64,000 bases of DNA from the NCBI GenBank assembly GCA_015069195.1, contig SVJA01000004.1, positions 10,978 through 74,977 on the forward strand. Direction: 5' to 3'. Every line of letters begins with the position of its first letter. Positions within the stretch are counted from its first letter, which is position 1. Position numbers and translations under genes: made by a program. Source of the stretch: Oscillospiraceae bacterium (GTDB lineage: Bacteria; Bacillota; Clostridia; UBA1212). Below are positions 38,681 to 48,901 of this stretch, piece after piece. The notes under the pieces are model-generated. The model made no database searches. It had not been told where the DNA came from and worked only from the letters and a program-made list of their open reading frames with translations.

Positions 38681-40240
38681 ATGCCGGAGTTAATAAAAAA
38701 TTATATTAAAACAAGCAGACTTCTTTCTACTGAGGTTTTGAGAAGTGTTTTTGATTCCGATTATACTATTCCGGAGGTAATGCCGGAGATTAAACAAGTA
38801 TTGACCGTAGATGCGAAAGCATTTGTTGAAAAAACTTCTGTTGACGGTGACAGAGTTTCGGCGGAAGTTTTGATAAAATACACAGTTTTGTATATGCCGG
38901 AGGGCGAAGAGGTATCGGTAAAGAGCGTGTCGTTTAAAAATTCACAGACATTTTTGATAAATGCGCCGGGCATCGAAGAGGAGTTCAGGGCAGTTGTAAA
39001 GTGCTGTGTTGAACAGACTGAGGTTCTAAGTGCGGGCGGAAGAAAATTGTCGGTTCGATGCGTGGTAAAGTGTTCTTCACATATAGAGAATATTTCGGAA
39101 ATTGCCGTGCCCTGCGATATTTTGGGAATTGAAGACGTTCAGACACGAGATGATATTTGTCCGATGAATGTGACGATTGAAAATCTGACCGATGTGCTTG
39201 ATTTGAAAGAGCGCATCTCATTGCCGGTCGGAAAAGACCCAATTTACAGAGTAATAAAAAGCAACGCATCGATTTCGGATATTACATACTCCGTCGCTTC
39301 GAATGAATTGACTGTAAAGGGTATTTTAAATGTGACAACTCTTTACGAGGCGGACGGTGTGACAAAGGATTTGCAGGTTATGGAAAGTGAAGTGCCTTTC
39401 AGCGAGGTAATTTTCGTGGAAAATGACAGCGACACACTTGATTGGAGCATAGATTATTCACTTGTTTCATTTTGCCTTGATGCCGAAGAGGATGCAGACG
39501 GTGAAAAACGAGTTCTGTGCATAGTATCTTCAATTAAATTTGATGTGACGTCTTCTGAAAATGTGCCGGTTAAAATGATGACGGATGCGTATTCACTTTC
39601 GTGTGCATTTGACCTCTCTCGCAAAAATTTTGACGTGTATACAAAGTGCGGAGATCTTATGTCTCAGTTCGTTCTTAAAAATGCGGTGAGTGTGCCGGAG
39701 GGCTTCCCTGCTATCGCAGAAATTGTAAACCTTGATGGTCAGATAGGTCAGATGGAAGTTACCGCGGAAGATGGCGGCGCAATTATTGAGGGCGCAGTTG
39801 TCTGCAACATTCTTTATCTTGCAAAAGACGCTGAAAGTCCGATCGCATCATTTACCGAGCAAATTCCGTTCGCTCAGAAAATCGACCGCCGCGATATAAC
39901 ACCGGAAACATTGATAAACCTTAATCTAAACGTAAATCATACTTCGTACAGTTTGCTTTCTCCAACTGAAACTGAGCTCAGAATTGCACTTTCGGCACAG
40001 GGCGAAGCTCTCAATGCTCAACCGATAAATATGATAAGCGATGTCGGAACAGTTTACGAACTTGACGCAAATGCCGCAAACCGTGCATCAATTTTGATTT
40101 ACGTTGTACAGCCGGGAGATACAATGTGGAAAATCGCAAAACGTTACAATGCACCGATTGAAATTCTGAAATCAATAAATGATATAGAAAATGCCGATTT
40201 GATTCTGCCGGGACAGAAATTATTAATCCCTCGCAGCTGA
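38681..40240 (+). CDS. LysM-domain protein with large DUF3794/SPOCS-like N-terminal region (SipL/SpoVID-like sporulation protein)
   Basis: C-terminal LysM YVVQPGDTMWKIAKRYNAPIEILKSINDIENADLILPGQKLLIP. N-terminal repeated beta-rich region. Adjacent to the cotS-like gene. Confidence 0.7.
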   Translation: MPELIKNYIKTSRLLSTEVLRSVFDSDYTIPEVMPEIKQVLTVDAKAFVEKTSVDGDRVSAEVLIKYTVLYMPEGEEVSVKSVSFKNSQTFLINAPGIEEEFRAVVKCCVEQTEVLSAGGRKLSVRCVVKCSSHIENISEIAVPCDILGIEDVQTRDDICPMNVTIENLTDVLDLKERISLPVGKDPIYRVIKSNASISDITYSVASNELTVKGILNVTTLYEADGVTKDLQVMESEVPFSEVIFVENDSDTLDWSIDYSLVSFCLDAEEDADGEKRVLCIVSSIKFDVTSSENVPVKMMTDAYSLSCAFDLSRKNFDVYTKCGDLMSQFVLKNAVSVPEGFPAIAEIVNLDGQIGQMEVTAEDGGAIIEGAVVCNILYLAKDAESPIASFTEQIPFAQKIDRRDITPETLINLNLNVNHTSYSLLSPTETELRIALSAQGEALNAQPINMISDVGTVYELDANAANRASILIYVVQPGDTMWKIAKRYNAPIEILKSINDIENADLILPGQKLLIPRS

Positions 40241-40313
40241 CAAAAAGCGTGGCGGTGAAAAAAGGGCGAAGGCAAAGCCTTCGATATTTTTCACTGCCAC
40301 GCTTTTTGTCAGC
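40236..40313. terminator. Long inverted repeat terminator after the LysM gene
   Basis: GCTGACAAAAAGCGTGGCGGTGAAAAA...TTTTTCACTGCCACGCTTTTTGTCAGC. Confidence 0.75.
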
Positions 40314-40410
40314 TTAGTTGGGGAAGAGGAGGAGTGAAGGCGGAACTTTCGATGTTTTGTTTGACAATAAGTTTGACTGCATTTAGTATATAACCGTGGA
40401 GGGATTCAGT

Positions 40411-40953
40411 ATGAAATTATTGATTGCATCGGATATACACGGTTCTGCAGAGTATTGCAGACAACTTTTGGAAGCGTACAAAAGAGAAGGTGCGGAGAAA
40501 CTAATACTTTTGGGAGATATCTTATATCATGGTCCGCGAAATGATTTGCCCGTAGGTTATGCACCGAAAGAAGTTATTAAAATGTTGAATGATATAAAGC
40601 ACGAGATTTTGTGCGTGAGGGGGAATTGTGATACCGAAGTTGACCAGATGGTGCTGGAGTTTCCGATTCTTGCAGAGTACGCAATTATGTATCACGGCGG
40701 TAGACTGATGTTCTTTACTCACGGACATACGCTTAATGAGTCAAAGCCGCCGTTGCTCAAAAAAGGTGATATTTTGTTTAACGGACACACCCATATCCCG
40801 TGTGTCAGAGAGTATGACGATTACACTTATATTAATCCCGGATCGATATCAATTCCGAAAGAAGGTTCAGAACATAGCTATATATTGATTACGGATGGAC
40901 TTGTCGAGTGGAAAGATTTGACCGGAAAGACATACGACAAATATAATTTTTAA
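40411..40953 (+). CDS. Metallophosphoesterase (YfcE/MJ0936 family phosphodiesterase)
   Basis: MKLLIASDIHGS, LGDILYHGP, GNCD, GHTH motifs. RBS GTGGAGGGA. Confidence 0.8.
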   Translation: MKLLIASDIHGSAEYCRQLLEAYKREGAEKLILLGDILYHGPRNDLPVGYAPKEVIKMLNDIKHEILCVRGNCDTEVDQMVLEFPILAEYAIMYHGGRLMFFTHGHTLNESKPPLLKKGDILFNGHTHIPCVREYDDYTYINPGSISIPKEGSEHSYILITDGLVEWKDLTGKTYDKYNF

Positions 40954-40976
40954 AAGTTTTAGCAGAACTGTTTGAT

Positions 40977-41012
40977 TTGCAGGTACATAAAATATTGTAC
41001 CTGCATTTTTTT
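40977..41012 (+). terminator. Intrinsic terminator
   Basis: TGCAGGTACataaaatattGTACCTGCA followed by TTTTTTT. Confidence 0.8.
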
Positions 41013-41074
41013 GCGTAAATTACACAAAATAGAGGCAAGAATGTAAATAGAATTGAATTTTTCGGAGGTTTTGA

Positions 41075-43681
41075 ATGGAAAAAATTGTAGATTCAAAGGA
41101 ATCGTTGATTGAACTTATAGATAGGGTGAGATTGGCCCAGAAAAAGTTTGCGGAATTTTCACAGGAACAGGTTGACAGAATTTTCAAGGAAGTTGCGATG
41201 GCGGCAAACAAAGCACGGATAGAACTTGCAAAGCTTGCTGTAGAAGAAACTAAAATGGGTGTTATGGAAGACAAGGTTATAAAGAATCATTATGCCGCGG
41301 AGTACATTTACAATGCATATAAAAATACAAAAACCTGCGGAGTAATTTCAAATGATATGACTTACGGAATAAAGACAATCGCAGAGCCGATCGGAGTTAT
41401 CTCGGCACTTATTCCGACGACAAATCCGACATCGACAACTATTTTTAAAATATTGATTTGTTTGAAAACTCGTAATGCAATTATAATCAGCCCTCATCCG
41501 AGGGCTAAACGGTGTACCGTGGCCGCCGCCAAGCTTTTGGCAGAGGCGGCGGCTCGGGCGGGCGCGCCGGAGGGAATTGTCGGGTGGATAGATGCGCCCG
41601 CCGTGGATCTGACTGAATTATTGATGAAAAAGTCAGATACAATACTTGCCACGGGCGGCCCCGGAATGGTAAAGGCCGCCTATTCGAGCGGCAAGCCGGC
41701 ACTCGGTGTCGGTGCGGGAAATGTGCCGGCGGTGATTGATGAAAGTGCCGATATATTGAATGCCGTCAATTCGATTATTCATTCAAAAGTATTTGATAAC
41801 GGAATGATTTGTGCGTCGGAGCAGGCGGTGATTGTGCCTGAAAAAATTTATGCGACAGTGAAAAAAGAATTCGCAAGGCGCGGTTGTGCTTTTTTGAATG
41901 ATAACGAGATTGAATTGATGAGAAAGACGATTTTAGTTGACGGCTCGCTTAATTCGAAGATTGTAGGACAGACGGCTGAGCAGATTGCGGAAATGGCAGG
42001 GATTACCGTGCCGCAGGGCACTAAGATATTGATAGGCGAGGTAGAGTCAACCGATATAAGCGAGGCTTTTGCACACGAAAAACTTTCACCGGTGCTTGCT
42101 ATGTACAAGGCAAAGGATATTGACGATGCATTTTCAATAGCAGAGAAATTGATAGAGGGCGGCGGTGCAGGTCATACTTCGTCGGTATTTATTGATGAAA
42201 AAGATGAAACGGCAAAGAAGAATCTTAAAAAGTTTGAAGAGAGAATGAAAACCTGCAGAATATTGGTCAATACGCCTGCGGCACATGGCGGTATCGGCGA
42301 CCTTTATAACTTCAGATTGATTCCTTCACTTACGCTTGGTTGCGGTTCGTGGGGCGGAAATTCGGTGCCGGATAATGTGGGGGTAAAGAATTTGCTTAAT
42401 ATAAAAACTGTTGCAGAAAGGCGTGAAAATATGCTTTGGCTTCGTTGCCCCGAGAAAATATATTTCAAGAGAGGTTGTATGGCAACGGCACTTGACGAAT
42501 TGCGCGACGAACTCGGCAAAAAACGTGTTTTTATCGTTACGGACAATTTCCTTTACACGAACGGTTACACAAGACCGATAACCGATAAGCTCGACGAACT
42601 CAAAATTGATTACACAGTTTTCTTCGATGTTGAGCCTGACCCGACGCTTGAATGTGTAAAGATGGGTGCGGAGCGAATGAGAGAGTTTAAACCCGACTGC
42701 ATATTAGCCTTCGGCGGTGGTTCTGCAATGGATGCGGCAAAAATTTGCCATGTGCTTTACGAACATCCCGACGTGTCGTTTGATGACCTTGCAATGCGTT
42801 TTATGGATATTCGAAAGCGTATAAATAAGTTTCCGAAAATCGGTGAAAAGGCTTACTTTATTGCAATTCCGACATCTGCCGGAACTGGCTCTGAGGTGAC
42901 GCCGTTTGCCGTAATAACCGATGAAAAGAGCGGTATAAAATACCCGATAGCAGATTACGAATTGATTCCGGATATGGCAATTGTCGATGTCGATTTTCAT
43001 ATGTCGGCACCGAAGTCACTTACGGCGGCTTCGGGTATTGATGCAGTGACACACGCGTTAGAAGCGTATGTATCAATGCTCGCAACCGACTACACCGACA
43101 GCCTGTCGCTTTCTGCTCTGAAAATAATATTTGAATACTTGCCGAGAGCATACGAAAACGGTGAAAAAGATCTTGTCGCACGAGAAAAAATGGCCAATGC
43201 CGCAACAATGGCGGGAATGGCTTTCGCAAACTCATTCCTCGGAATATGTCATTCAATGGCACACAAGCTCGGCGCTGCTTTCAACTTGCCTCACGGTGTT
43301 TCAAACGCACTTATGATTAACGAGGTGATTCGCTTCAATTCAAGTGAAAGACCTCTCCGCATGGGAACATTCCCTCAATACAGCTATCCCCACACGGCAA
43401 GGCGATATGCAGAGATTGCTGAAAACCTTGGTTTAAAAGGTAAAAACGATGATGAAAAAATTGACCGATTAATTGAACTTATCGACAATCTGAAAGAGCG
43501 GATAGGAATTAAAAAGACTATCCGCGATTATGTTCCCGATGAAAAACTTTTCATGAGCAAACTTGACACAATAACGGAGCAAGCATTTGACGACCAATGC
43601 ACCGCCGCAAATCCTCGCTACCCGATGATGTCGGAATTGCGGCAAATCTACCTTAACGCTTACCACGGCATTCAGAATTAA
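41075..43681 (+). CDS. adhE: Bifunctional acetaldehyde-CoA / alcohol dehydrogenase
   Basis: 868 aa: N-terminal ALDH domain plus C-terminal iron-containing ADH domain (GGGSAMDAAK, HxxxH motifs). Confidence 0.95.
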   Translation: MEKIVDSKESLIELIDRVRLAQKKFAEFSQEQVDRIFKEVAMAANKARIELAKLAVEETKMGVMEDKVIKNHYAAEYIYNAYKNTKTCGVISNDMTYGIKTIAEPIGVISALIPTTNPTSTTIFKILICLKTRNAIIISPHPRAKRCTVAAAKLLAEAAARAGAPEGIVGWIDAPAVDLTELLMKKSDTILATGGPGMVKAAYSSGKPALGVGAGNVPAVIDESADILNAVNSIIHSKVFDNGMICASEQAVIVPEKIYATVKKEFARRGCAFLNDNEIELMRKTILVDGSLNSKIVGQTAEQIAEMAGITVPQGTKILIGEVESTDISEAFAHEKLSPVLAMYKAKDIDDAFSIAEKLIEGGGAGHTSSVFIDEKDETAKKNLKKFEERMKTCRILVNTPAAHGGIGDLYNFRLIPSLTLGCGSWGGNSVPDNVGVKNLLNIKTVAERRENMLWLRCPEKIYFKRGCMATALDELRDELGKKRVFIVTDNFLYTNGYTRPITDKLDELKIDYTVFFDVEPDPTLECVKMGAERMREFKPDCILAFGGGSAMDAAKICHVLYEHPDVSFDDLAMRFMDIRKRINKFPKIGEKAYFIAIPTSAGTGSEVTPFAVITDEKSGIKYPIADYELIPDMAIVDVDFHMSAPKSLTAASGIDAVTHALEAYVSMLATDYTDSLSLSALKIIFEYLPRAYENGEKDLVAREKMANAATMAGMAFANSFLGICHSMAHKLGAAFNLPHGVSNALMINEVIRFNSSERPLRMGTFPQYSYPHTARRYAEIAENLGLKGKNDDEKIDRLIELIDNLKERIGIKKTIRDYVPDEKLFMSKLDTITEQAFDDQCTAANPRYPMMSELRQIYLNAYHGIQN

Positions 43682-43687
43682 GCTATA

Positions 43688-43730
43688 CCCGGTAGCAAAA
43701 CGGCATTCTGCCGTATTGCTACCGGGATAT
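43688..43730 (+). terminator. Terminator after adhE
   Basis: CCCGGTAGCAAaacggcattctgccgtaTTGCTACCGGG followed by ATATTT. Confidence 0.7.
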
Positions 43731-44061
43731 TTCAACTATATGTATGCCGTTAAATGAATGAAAACTGTAAAATGTTGCAAAAATCTTTTCTAAAAACTGC
43801 ATTTGCATTGACTTTTTTACTTGAATATGCTACTAAACAAATGGAAAGTGTAAATATTTGCAAACCCCTTTTCTTCGAAAGTGTCATATGTTGTAAACTG
43901 CATTTACAGAATAACATATTCTATAAACATCTTATCGACAGCGGAGTCGAAGAGCACCATATGATTCGGTTTGCCTTTGATTCTGCTGCCGATCTCTATT
44001 TGATAGAAGAGAATTTTATTGCGATAGAGAAAAAAACCGGTATTACAAGGAGAAATTACAT

Positions 44062-45492
44062 ATGAAAAAATTCGACACAAAGGTTCAACATTTAAAATAT
44101 AAAGTGCTTCGTGAAGTTGCCCGCCACGAGTGGAACGACACTCTCGAGGAAAACATTATCGATTTGCCCAAGAGCATTATTCCGGGAAATATTCCGACAA
44201 TGCGCTGTTGTGTATACAAGGAGCGTGCTATTCTCTCTGAACGCATAAAACTTGCTATGGGCGGCGATAAAACAAATCCGAATGTTATAGAAGTAATAAA
44301 TATTGCATGCGACGAATGTCCCGTCGGCGGCTACGAAGTAACCGATGTGTGTCGCGGATGTCTTGCACACCGCTGTGAAGATGTATGCCCAAAAGATGCA
44401 TTTACTTTTGATGAAAACCATGTGGCACGAATTGATAAATCCAAATGTATAAACTGCGGTCTCTGTGCAACGGCGTGTCCTTTCAATGCAATAATAAACC
44501 GAATCCGTCCTTGTCAGAATGCCTGCAAAATAAATGCAATTTCGGTGGATGATGATTTTTCTGCAAAGATTGACAATGATTCCTGTACTGCTTGCGGTGC
44601 ATGCGTCTATCAATGTCCTTTCGGTGCGATTTCTGACAAATCCTACATACTTGATCTCGTAAGACTCCTCAAAAAAAGTTCCGAACAGGGCAGTAACATC
44701 AAAGTTTACGCAGTTGTCGCTCCGACCGTTTCCAGCCAGTTTACTTATGCAAAACTCGGTCAAGTGGTCACCGGTCTTAAAAAACTCGGTTTCTGCAATG
44801 TAACCGAGGCTGCACTCGGCGCCGATATGGTTGCTCAGGCAGAGTCAAAAGAACTCGCTGAAAAAGGCTTCATAACGAGTTCTTGTTGCCCCGCTTTTGT
44901 TGCCTACATAGAAAAGAATTTCCCTGATTTAAAACAGTACATTTCTCACAATCTTTCACCTATGGCAACCGTATCAAAATACATAAAGGATCACGACGAA
45001 AATGCCAAAGTGGTATTCATCGGTCCATGCACAGCAAAAAAGGCGGAGATAAAAAAAGAAGAAGTCAGCAAATATGTTGACATTGCGATTACTTTCGAAG
45101 AACTTCAGGCACTCTTTGACAGCAGAGATATTGACATAACGTCACTCGAGGAAGGCACTCTTGACAATGCATCATATTTCGGCAGAATTTTTGCAAGGTG
45201 CGGCGGCCTTTCCGAAGCGGTTGCCCAAGGATTAAAGGAGCAGGGCTTTGATGATTTTGAATTAAAACCGATTTCCTGTGACGGTATAGAAGCTTGCCGA
45301 ACGGCACTTTTAAAGAAAAGCAAAAATCTGCTTGATGCAAACTTTATTGAAGGTATGGCATGTGTGGGCGGTTGCATCGGCGGCGCCGGTTGTCTGACTC
45401 ATAGCCCGAAAAACAAATCTCACATAGAAAGTCACAGCAAGCAATCTATTGAAAAAACAATTTCCTCGGCAATTGAAAAGTATTCAAATTGA
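44062..45492 (+). CDS. [FeFe]-hydrogenase-like protein (ferredoxin-like Cys clusters plus Fe_hyd_lg_C domain) with non-canonical H-cluster motifs
   Basis: RBS AAGGAG. Two CxxCxxCxxxCP ferredoxin motifs. L1 TSSCCPAFV (canonical TSCCPxW), L2 GPCTAKKAE (canonical MPCxxKxxE), L3 EGMACVGGCIGGAGC (canonical ExMxCxxGCxxGGGQ). Confidence 0.8.
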   Translation: MKKFDTKVQHLKYKVLREVARHEWNDTLEENIIDLPKSIIPGNIPTMRCCVYKERAILSERIKLAMGGDKTNPNVIEVINIACDECPVGGYEVTDVCRGCLAHRCEDVCPKDAFTFDENHVARIDKSKCINCGLCATACPFNAIINRIRPCQNACKINAISVDDDFSAKIDNDSCTACGACVYQCPFGAISDKSYILDLVRLLKKSSEQGSNIKVYAVVAPTVSSQFTYAKLGQVVTGLKKLGFCNVTEAALGADMVAQAESKELAEKGFITSSCCPAFVAYIEKNFPDLKQYISHNLSPMATVSKYIKDHDENAKVVFIGPCTAKKAEIKKEEVSKYVDIAITFEELQALFDSRDIDITSLEEGTLDNASYFGRIFARCGGLSEAVAQGLKEQGFDDFELKPISCDGIEACRTALLKKSKNLLDANFIEGMACVGGCIGGAGCLTHSPKNKSHIESHSKQSIEKTISSAIEKYSN

Positions 45493-45507
45493 TTTTATCA
45501 AAAATAT

Positions 45508-45557
45508 GACAAAACGACGCGGCAACCATCAAAGGATGGTTGCCGCGTCGTTTTGTC
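45508..45557. terminator. Bidirectional terminator between the hydrogenase-like gene and the M23 peptidase gene
   Basis: GACAAAACGACGCGGCAACCATcaaaggATGGTTGCCGCGTCGTTTTGTC. Confidence 0.75.
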
Positions 45558-45558
45558 A

Positions 45559-46398
45559 TCATCCTACCGAGGTTGCCGTAGGTTGCATAATATTTATAGT
45601 TGAAGTAGGCTTTGAAGTGGCTGTGGGAGTTGTAGTTGAAGTTGAAGTAGGTGAAGGGGTGGAACTGTCGGAATCTTCTGCATCAGATGCATCCGCCGAA
45701 GTTTCTTTCGGGAAGAACAATGTCGGGTCGACTTTCTTGCCGTTTTGGATTACTTCAAAGTGAAGATGTGTTCCTGTTTCTTTTTCGCAGAAAATCGTAT
45801 CACCCAAAGTTCCGAGAACCGAGCCTGTTGTCACCTGTTTGCCGACTGTAAGATCATTCATCGCTGCAATTCCGCAGTAAATAGTCTTTGTTCCGTTTCC
45901 GTTATCAATGATAATCGTTGTTCCGTAAAGCGGGTCGGACTTTATATCGATGACAGTTCCTGTCACTGCGCACTTAACATCTTCTCCCTTTTTGCCTGCA
46001 ATATCGATTGCCGGATGAACTTTCCATTCCTTGAGTGTCTTGTTGTAAACGAGTTTTTTATCGGAAAATTCAACGAGTATTTTGCCCGAGACCGGCTTTG
46101 CGAGAGTCAACTTTTCAGGCTCTGCCGTTCCCTGAGGTGCAGTTGCACTTGGCTTTACCGGTTTGGAAACGCTCGTACTTCCGCCGTTTGCCGAACTTTG
46201 CTGGCTGTCAGTGGATTGCGGCATAGATGCTGTCGGTATTAAATCCGCAGATACGGGATCTTTGTTCAGCAACGTAGATGTATCATCATTTGACTTGTGC
46301 TCAAGTATCGCAATTCCGGCAATACATACCGCAAAAACGCATACAATCAATATCAAATAATAACCGTTTGTTTTTAGAAATTTTTTCATGTATATCAA
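45559..46398 (-). CDS. M23 family metallopeptidase (LytM domain) with N-terminal TM anchor and Ser/Thr/Pro-rich linker; possibly SpoIIQ-like
   Basis: HPAIDIAG (HxxxD) and GTHLHFEV (HxH) motifs. TM segment YYLILIVCVFAVCIAGIAIL. Confidence 0.8.
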   Translation of the reverse strand: MIYMKKFLKTNGYYLILIVCVFAVCIAGIAILEHKSNDDTSTLLNKDPVSADLIPTASMPQSTDSQQSSANGGSTSVSKPVKPSATAPQGTAEPEKLTLAKPVSGKILVEFSDKKLVYNKTLKEWKVHPAIDIAGKKGEDVKCAVTGTVIDIKSDPLYGTTIIIDNGNGTKTIYCGIAAMNDLTVGKQVTTGSVLGTLGDTIFCEKETGTHLHFEVIQNGKKVDPTLFFPKETSADASDAEDSDSSTPSPTSTSTTTPTATSKPTSTINIMQPTATSVG

Positions 46399-46571
46399 CC
46401 TCCGCAGTTAGTTTTGCCGTAAAATTCCATTGGTATACATGGGTTATTAAAAAATTGCTTTAAGAAGTTTTAGGCTAATCTTTATATTGTTTTAGCCTGT
46501 GTTTTATGAGATAATAATTCTATCATATGTATCAAGGGTAAACTTTCCGAATAAAGTTTTTAGGAGGATTC

Positions 46572-47684
46572 ATGCAAAAGTCTGTACATTCTGAGCTTTC
46601 GGCGCAGATAGAATTGCCGAAATTATCGGTCATTATTCCTGTTTACAATGCCGCCGGAAAAATTGAAAAATGCATTGCTTCTGTTCTAAAACAAAAATTT
46701 TCAGATTTTGAATTATTGTTGATTGATGACGGTTCGACTGATAATACTGCTGAGATTTGTTTGCTCTATGCCGAAAAGGACAAGAGAGTTCGTTACTTTA
46801 AAAAGGAAAATGGCGGGCCTTTTCAGGCACGAATTGTAGGATTTGAAAACTCGTGCGGTACATATGTTACTACTTGTGATGCAGATGACTATTACGCGAA
46901 TGATAAGGCTTTTGGCATCATGTATAATTCAATAGTGAAATCCGGTTGTCAGGCTTTGCAATTTGCCTTTTACCGAAAATTTAACCATATAAAAGTGGGA
47001 CGCAGACAAGTTTCTGCTCCGTTGGTTATTGACAATCAAGACGAGTTTCTTGAGAAAGAATATCCAAAGCTCATGTGCAGTTTTTGGGACGAATCGCACC
47101 TGACTCCGTCAGTTTGGAACAAAGTATACCACAGAAGTTTGCTTAAAAATCTTCCTGTATTAGAGGATACTGACAAGTTCTTTTTCGGTGAGGATATGTT
47201 GTTGAATTTGTTCTTATTGAAAGATTGCACATCCTTTTTATTGATTCCTGACAAGTTGTACGTGTATCAGGAGAATGTTGGATTGAATGGTTCGTTTTCC
47301 ACGCGCACTATGTTTGATCTGGATATTTTGAAAAAATACCAGCTTCGGTTTATTGAGCAACAAAACCATGCGAAGAAAGACACTATTCTGACTAATTATT
47401 TTGTAGAGATAGTGGGTTGGTTACTCTCATACGTACAACAGGGCCTGTCACATATCGAGGAAGAAGAACTTTTGGAACTGGTACGAAGCATACTTGATTT
47501 ACCGCGATTTAAAATTGCTTCAGAGTATTATCAGGAAAGATCGCACATTCATTGGCTTCCTGCAGATCTGATTAGAAACCGTAACCCTGAAGAGTATATA
47601 AAATCCGCTCGTGAAGCTTGCAGGAACTCTTCGTTGAAAAACAATATTGCTCTTTTTATCAGAAAAATTATCTATAAGATATGA
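46572..47684 (+). CDS. Family 2 glycosyltransferase
   Basis: LSVIIPVYNAAGKIEKCIASVLKQKFSDFELLLIDDGSTDNT, DxD at CDADDYY. Confidence 0.8.
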   Translation: MQKSVHSELSAQIELPKLSVIIPVYNAAGKIEKCIASVLKQKFSDFELLLIDDGSTDNTAEICLLYAEKDKRVRYFKKENGGPFQARIVGFENSCGTYVTTCDADDYYANDKAFGIMYNSIVKSGCQALQFAFYRKFNHIKVGRRQVSAPLVIDNQDEFLEKEYPKLMCSFWDESHLTPSVWNKVYHRSLLKNLPVLEDTDKFFFGEDMLLNLFLLKDCTSFLLIPDKLYVYQENVGLNGSFSTRTMFDLDILKKYQLRFIEQQNHAKKDTILTNYFVEIVGWLLSYVQQGLSHIEEEELLELVRSILDLPRFKIASEYYQERSHIHWLPADLIRNRNPEEYIKSAREACRNSSLKNNIALFIRKIIYKI

Positions 47685-47704
47685 ATTGTTGAGTATTCGG
47701 AAAA

Positions 47705-47742
47705 TAAAATGCACGGTATGATTTTTATCACACCGTGCATTT
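47705..47742. terminator. Bidirectional hairpin terminator
   Basis: AAAATGCACGGTatgatttttatcacACCGTGCATTTT. Confidence 0.75.
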
Positions 47743-47755
47743 TGATGATAGGTTT

Positions 47756-48238
47756 TTACAAATAATATTCTTTTATTCTTTCCTCAAACATATCCTCTGT
47801 AATTACGAGGCGCACAAGTAAATTCGATACTTTTTCATCAGATGTTAAAATCCACTCATTTGTTTCTTTGTTGAGAGTGTATTCGGTTACCTTGATGTAT
47901 TTATGACGTTTCATTTCCGTTACAGTTTTGATTGTATGATTGATTCTTTTACAAAGCCATTCGACTATAGCGTTTTCAAAGTCGTCTTGTGATTTGAAAT
48001 CCCATTCCTTCCACTCAAAATGATCATCCATATAAACGCTGAGATAGTCCTTGCCTCTCTTTTTTTCGACACTTACAGAAAAGTACAAATCAAAATTGTC
48101 TTTCGTTCCTGAAAATGCGGCACTGGTTTCGTTTATATCAATGAATTTTGATATGCCTGTTTTTGCGGATATTTTGTTTTTTATATTGTTTAAACATTCT
48201 GTCGAATTTTTTGTAATTGAATTTTTTCTTTTAAACAA
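47756..48238 (-). CDS. Hypothetical protein (160 aa); shorter paralog of the 31177..31989 protein; TTG start, overlaps the upstream gene by 49 nt
   Basis: Alignment to the 31177 gene over ~140 aa, including WxEWDF and RxNxTIKTVTE blocks. Start-codon and overlap oddities may indicate decay. Confidence 0.5.
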   Translation of the reverse strand: MFKRKNSITKNSTECLNNIKNKISAKTGISKFIDINETSAAFSGTKDNFDLYFSVSVEKKRGKDYLSVYMDDHFEWKEWDFKSQDDFENAIVEWLCKRINHTIKTVTEMKRHKYIKVTEYTLNKETNEWILTSDEKVSNLLVRLVITEDMFEERIKEYYL

Positions 48239-48689
48239 GCGTGGAATTTTTTTAATGGTTTTCTTCCCGGGAACGGTTTATCCAACACCCACGGCAACTC
48301 AAAAACATTATTTACTGAAATTGTAAAATAATCTCCTGTTTGTTCGTTTGGTGAGGCAAATCCCTCGGTAATGACAAGGCTAAAAAACAGATTGTCATGT
48401 ATGTCGATTTCGTATTCACCCATAGTTGATACTTTGCCACATACTGTATAATCAATTCCAAAATATTGAATCTCATCATCTAATTCAACACTCATACACT
48501 CGTCGGGCTTCGTTATATCCACGCCAAAGTCAGCAAGAAAAGATTCGAGTTTTGGAAATTTACCTTTGATTTGGGCATAATAATTTTCGCAGTATTCGCA
48601 TTCGCAAAGTGAGTGCGTCTTATAATAGTCTATCGTTTTTTTCAGGTCTACTTCAAACACGTATCCATCTTTCTGGATTGTGGTCATAT
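48190..48689 (-). CDS. Hypothetical protein (~166 aa from MTTIQKDGYVFEVDL)
   Basis: The internal ATG at 48689 has RBS GAGGTGAG. The track ORF extends to 48813 without an RBS. Contains CECEYCENYY. No domain recognised. Confidence 0.5.
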
Positions 48690-48901
48690 ATCTCACCTCA
48701 CTTTCTGTTATTATACCACACCGTGATTGAAAGTGAAGATTTTCTAAACTAATTGGTCCTACTTGACCACATACAGAGGGGGTTATTCTTGGCGTAGGTG
48801 CTAATATGTTCAAAATAGCAGGGCCCGTGATTGTATACGGTACGGTGGCATCGGTTGCTTATGGGCTTATTTATTGGATAACACCCCTGTTTTTATGTGC
48901 A

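Noticed and set aside
43754-44065. 103-aa plus-strand ORF upstream of the hydrogenase-like gene
   Set aside because: No RBS at any candidate start; the region is AT-rich with repeated TTGCA motifs and is more consistent with a regulatory leader.
44092-44763. 223-aa minus-strand ORF inside the hydrogenase-like gene
   Set aside because: Antisense shadow ORF with no RBS; the plus-strand gene has clear Fe-S and H-cluster motifs.
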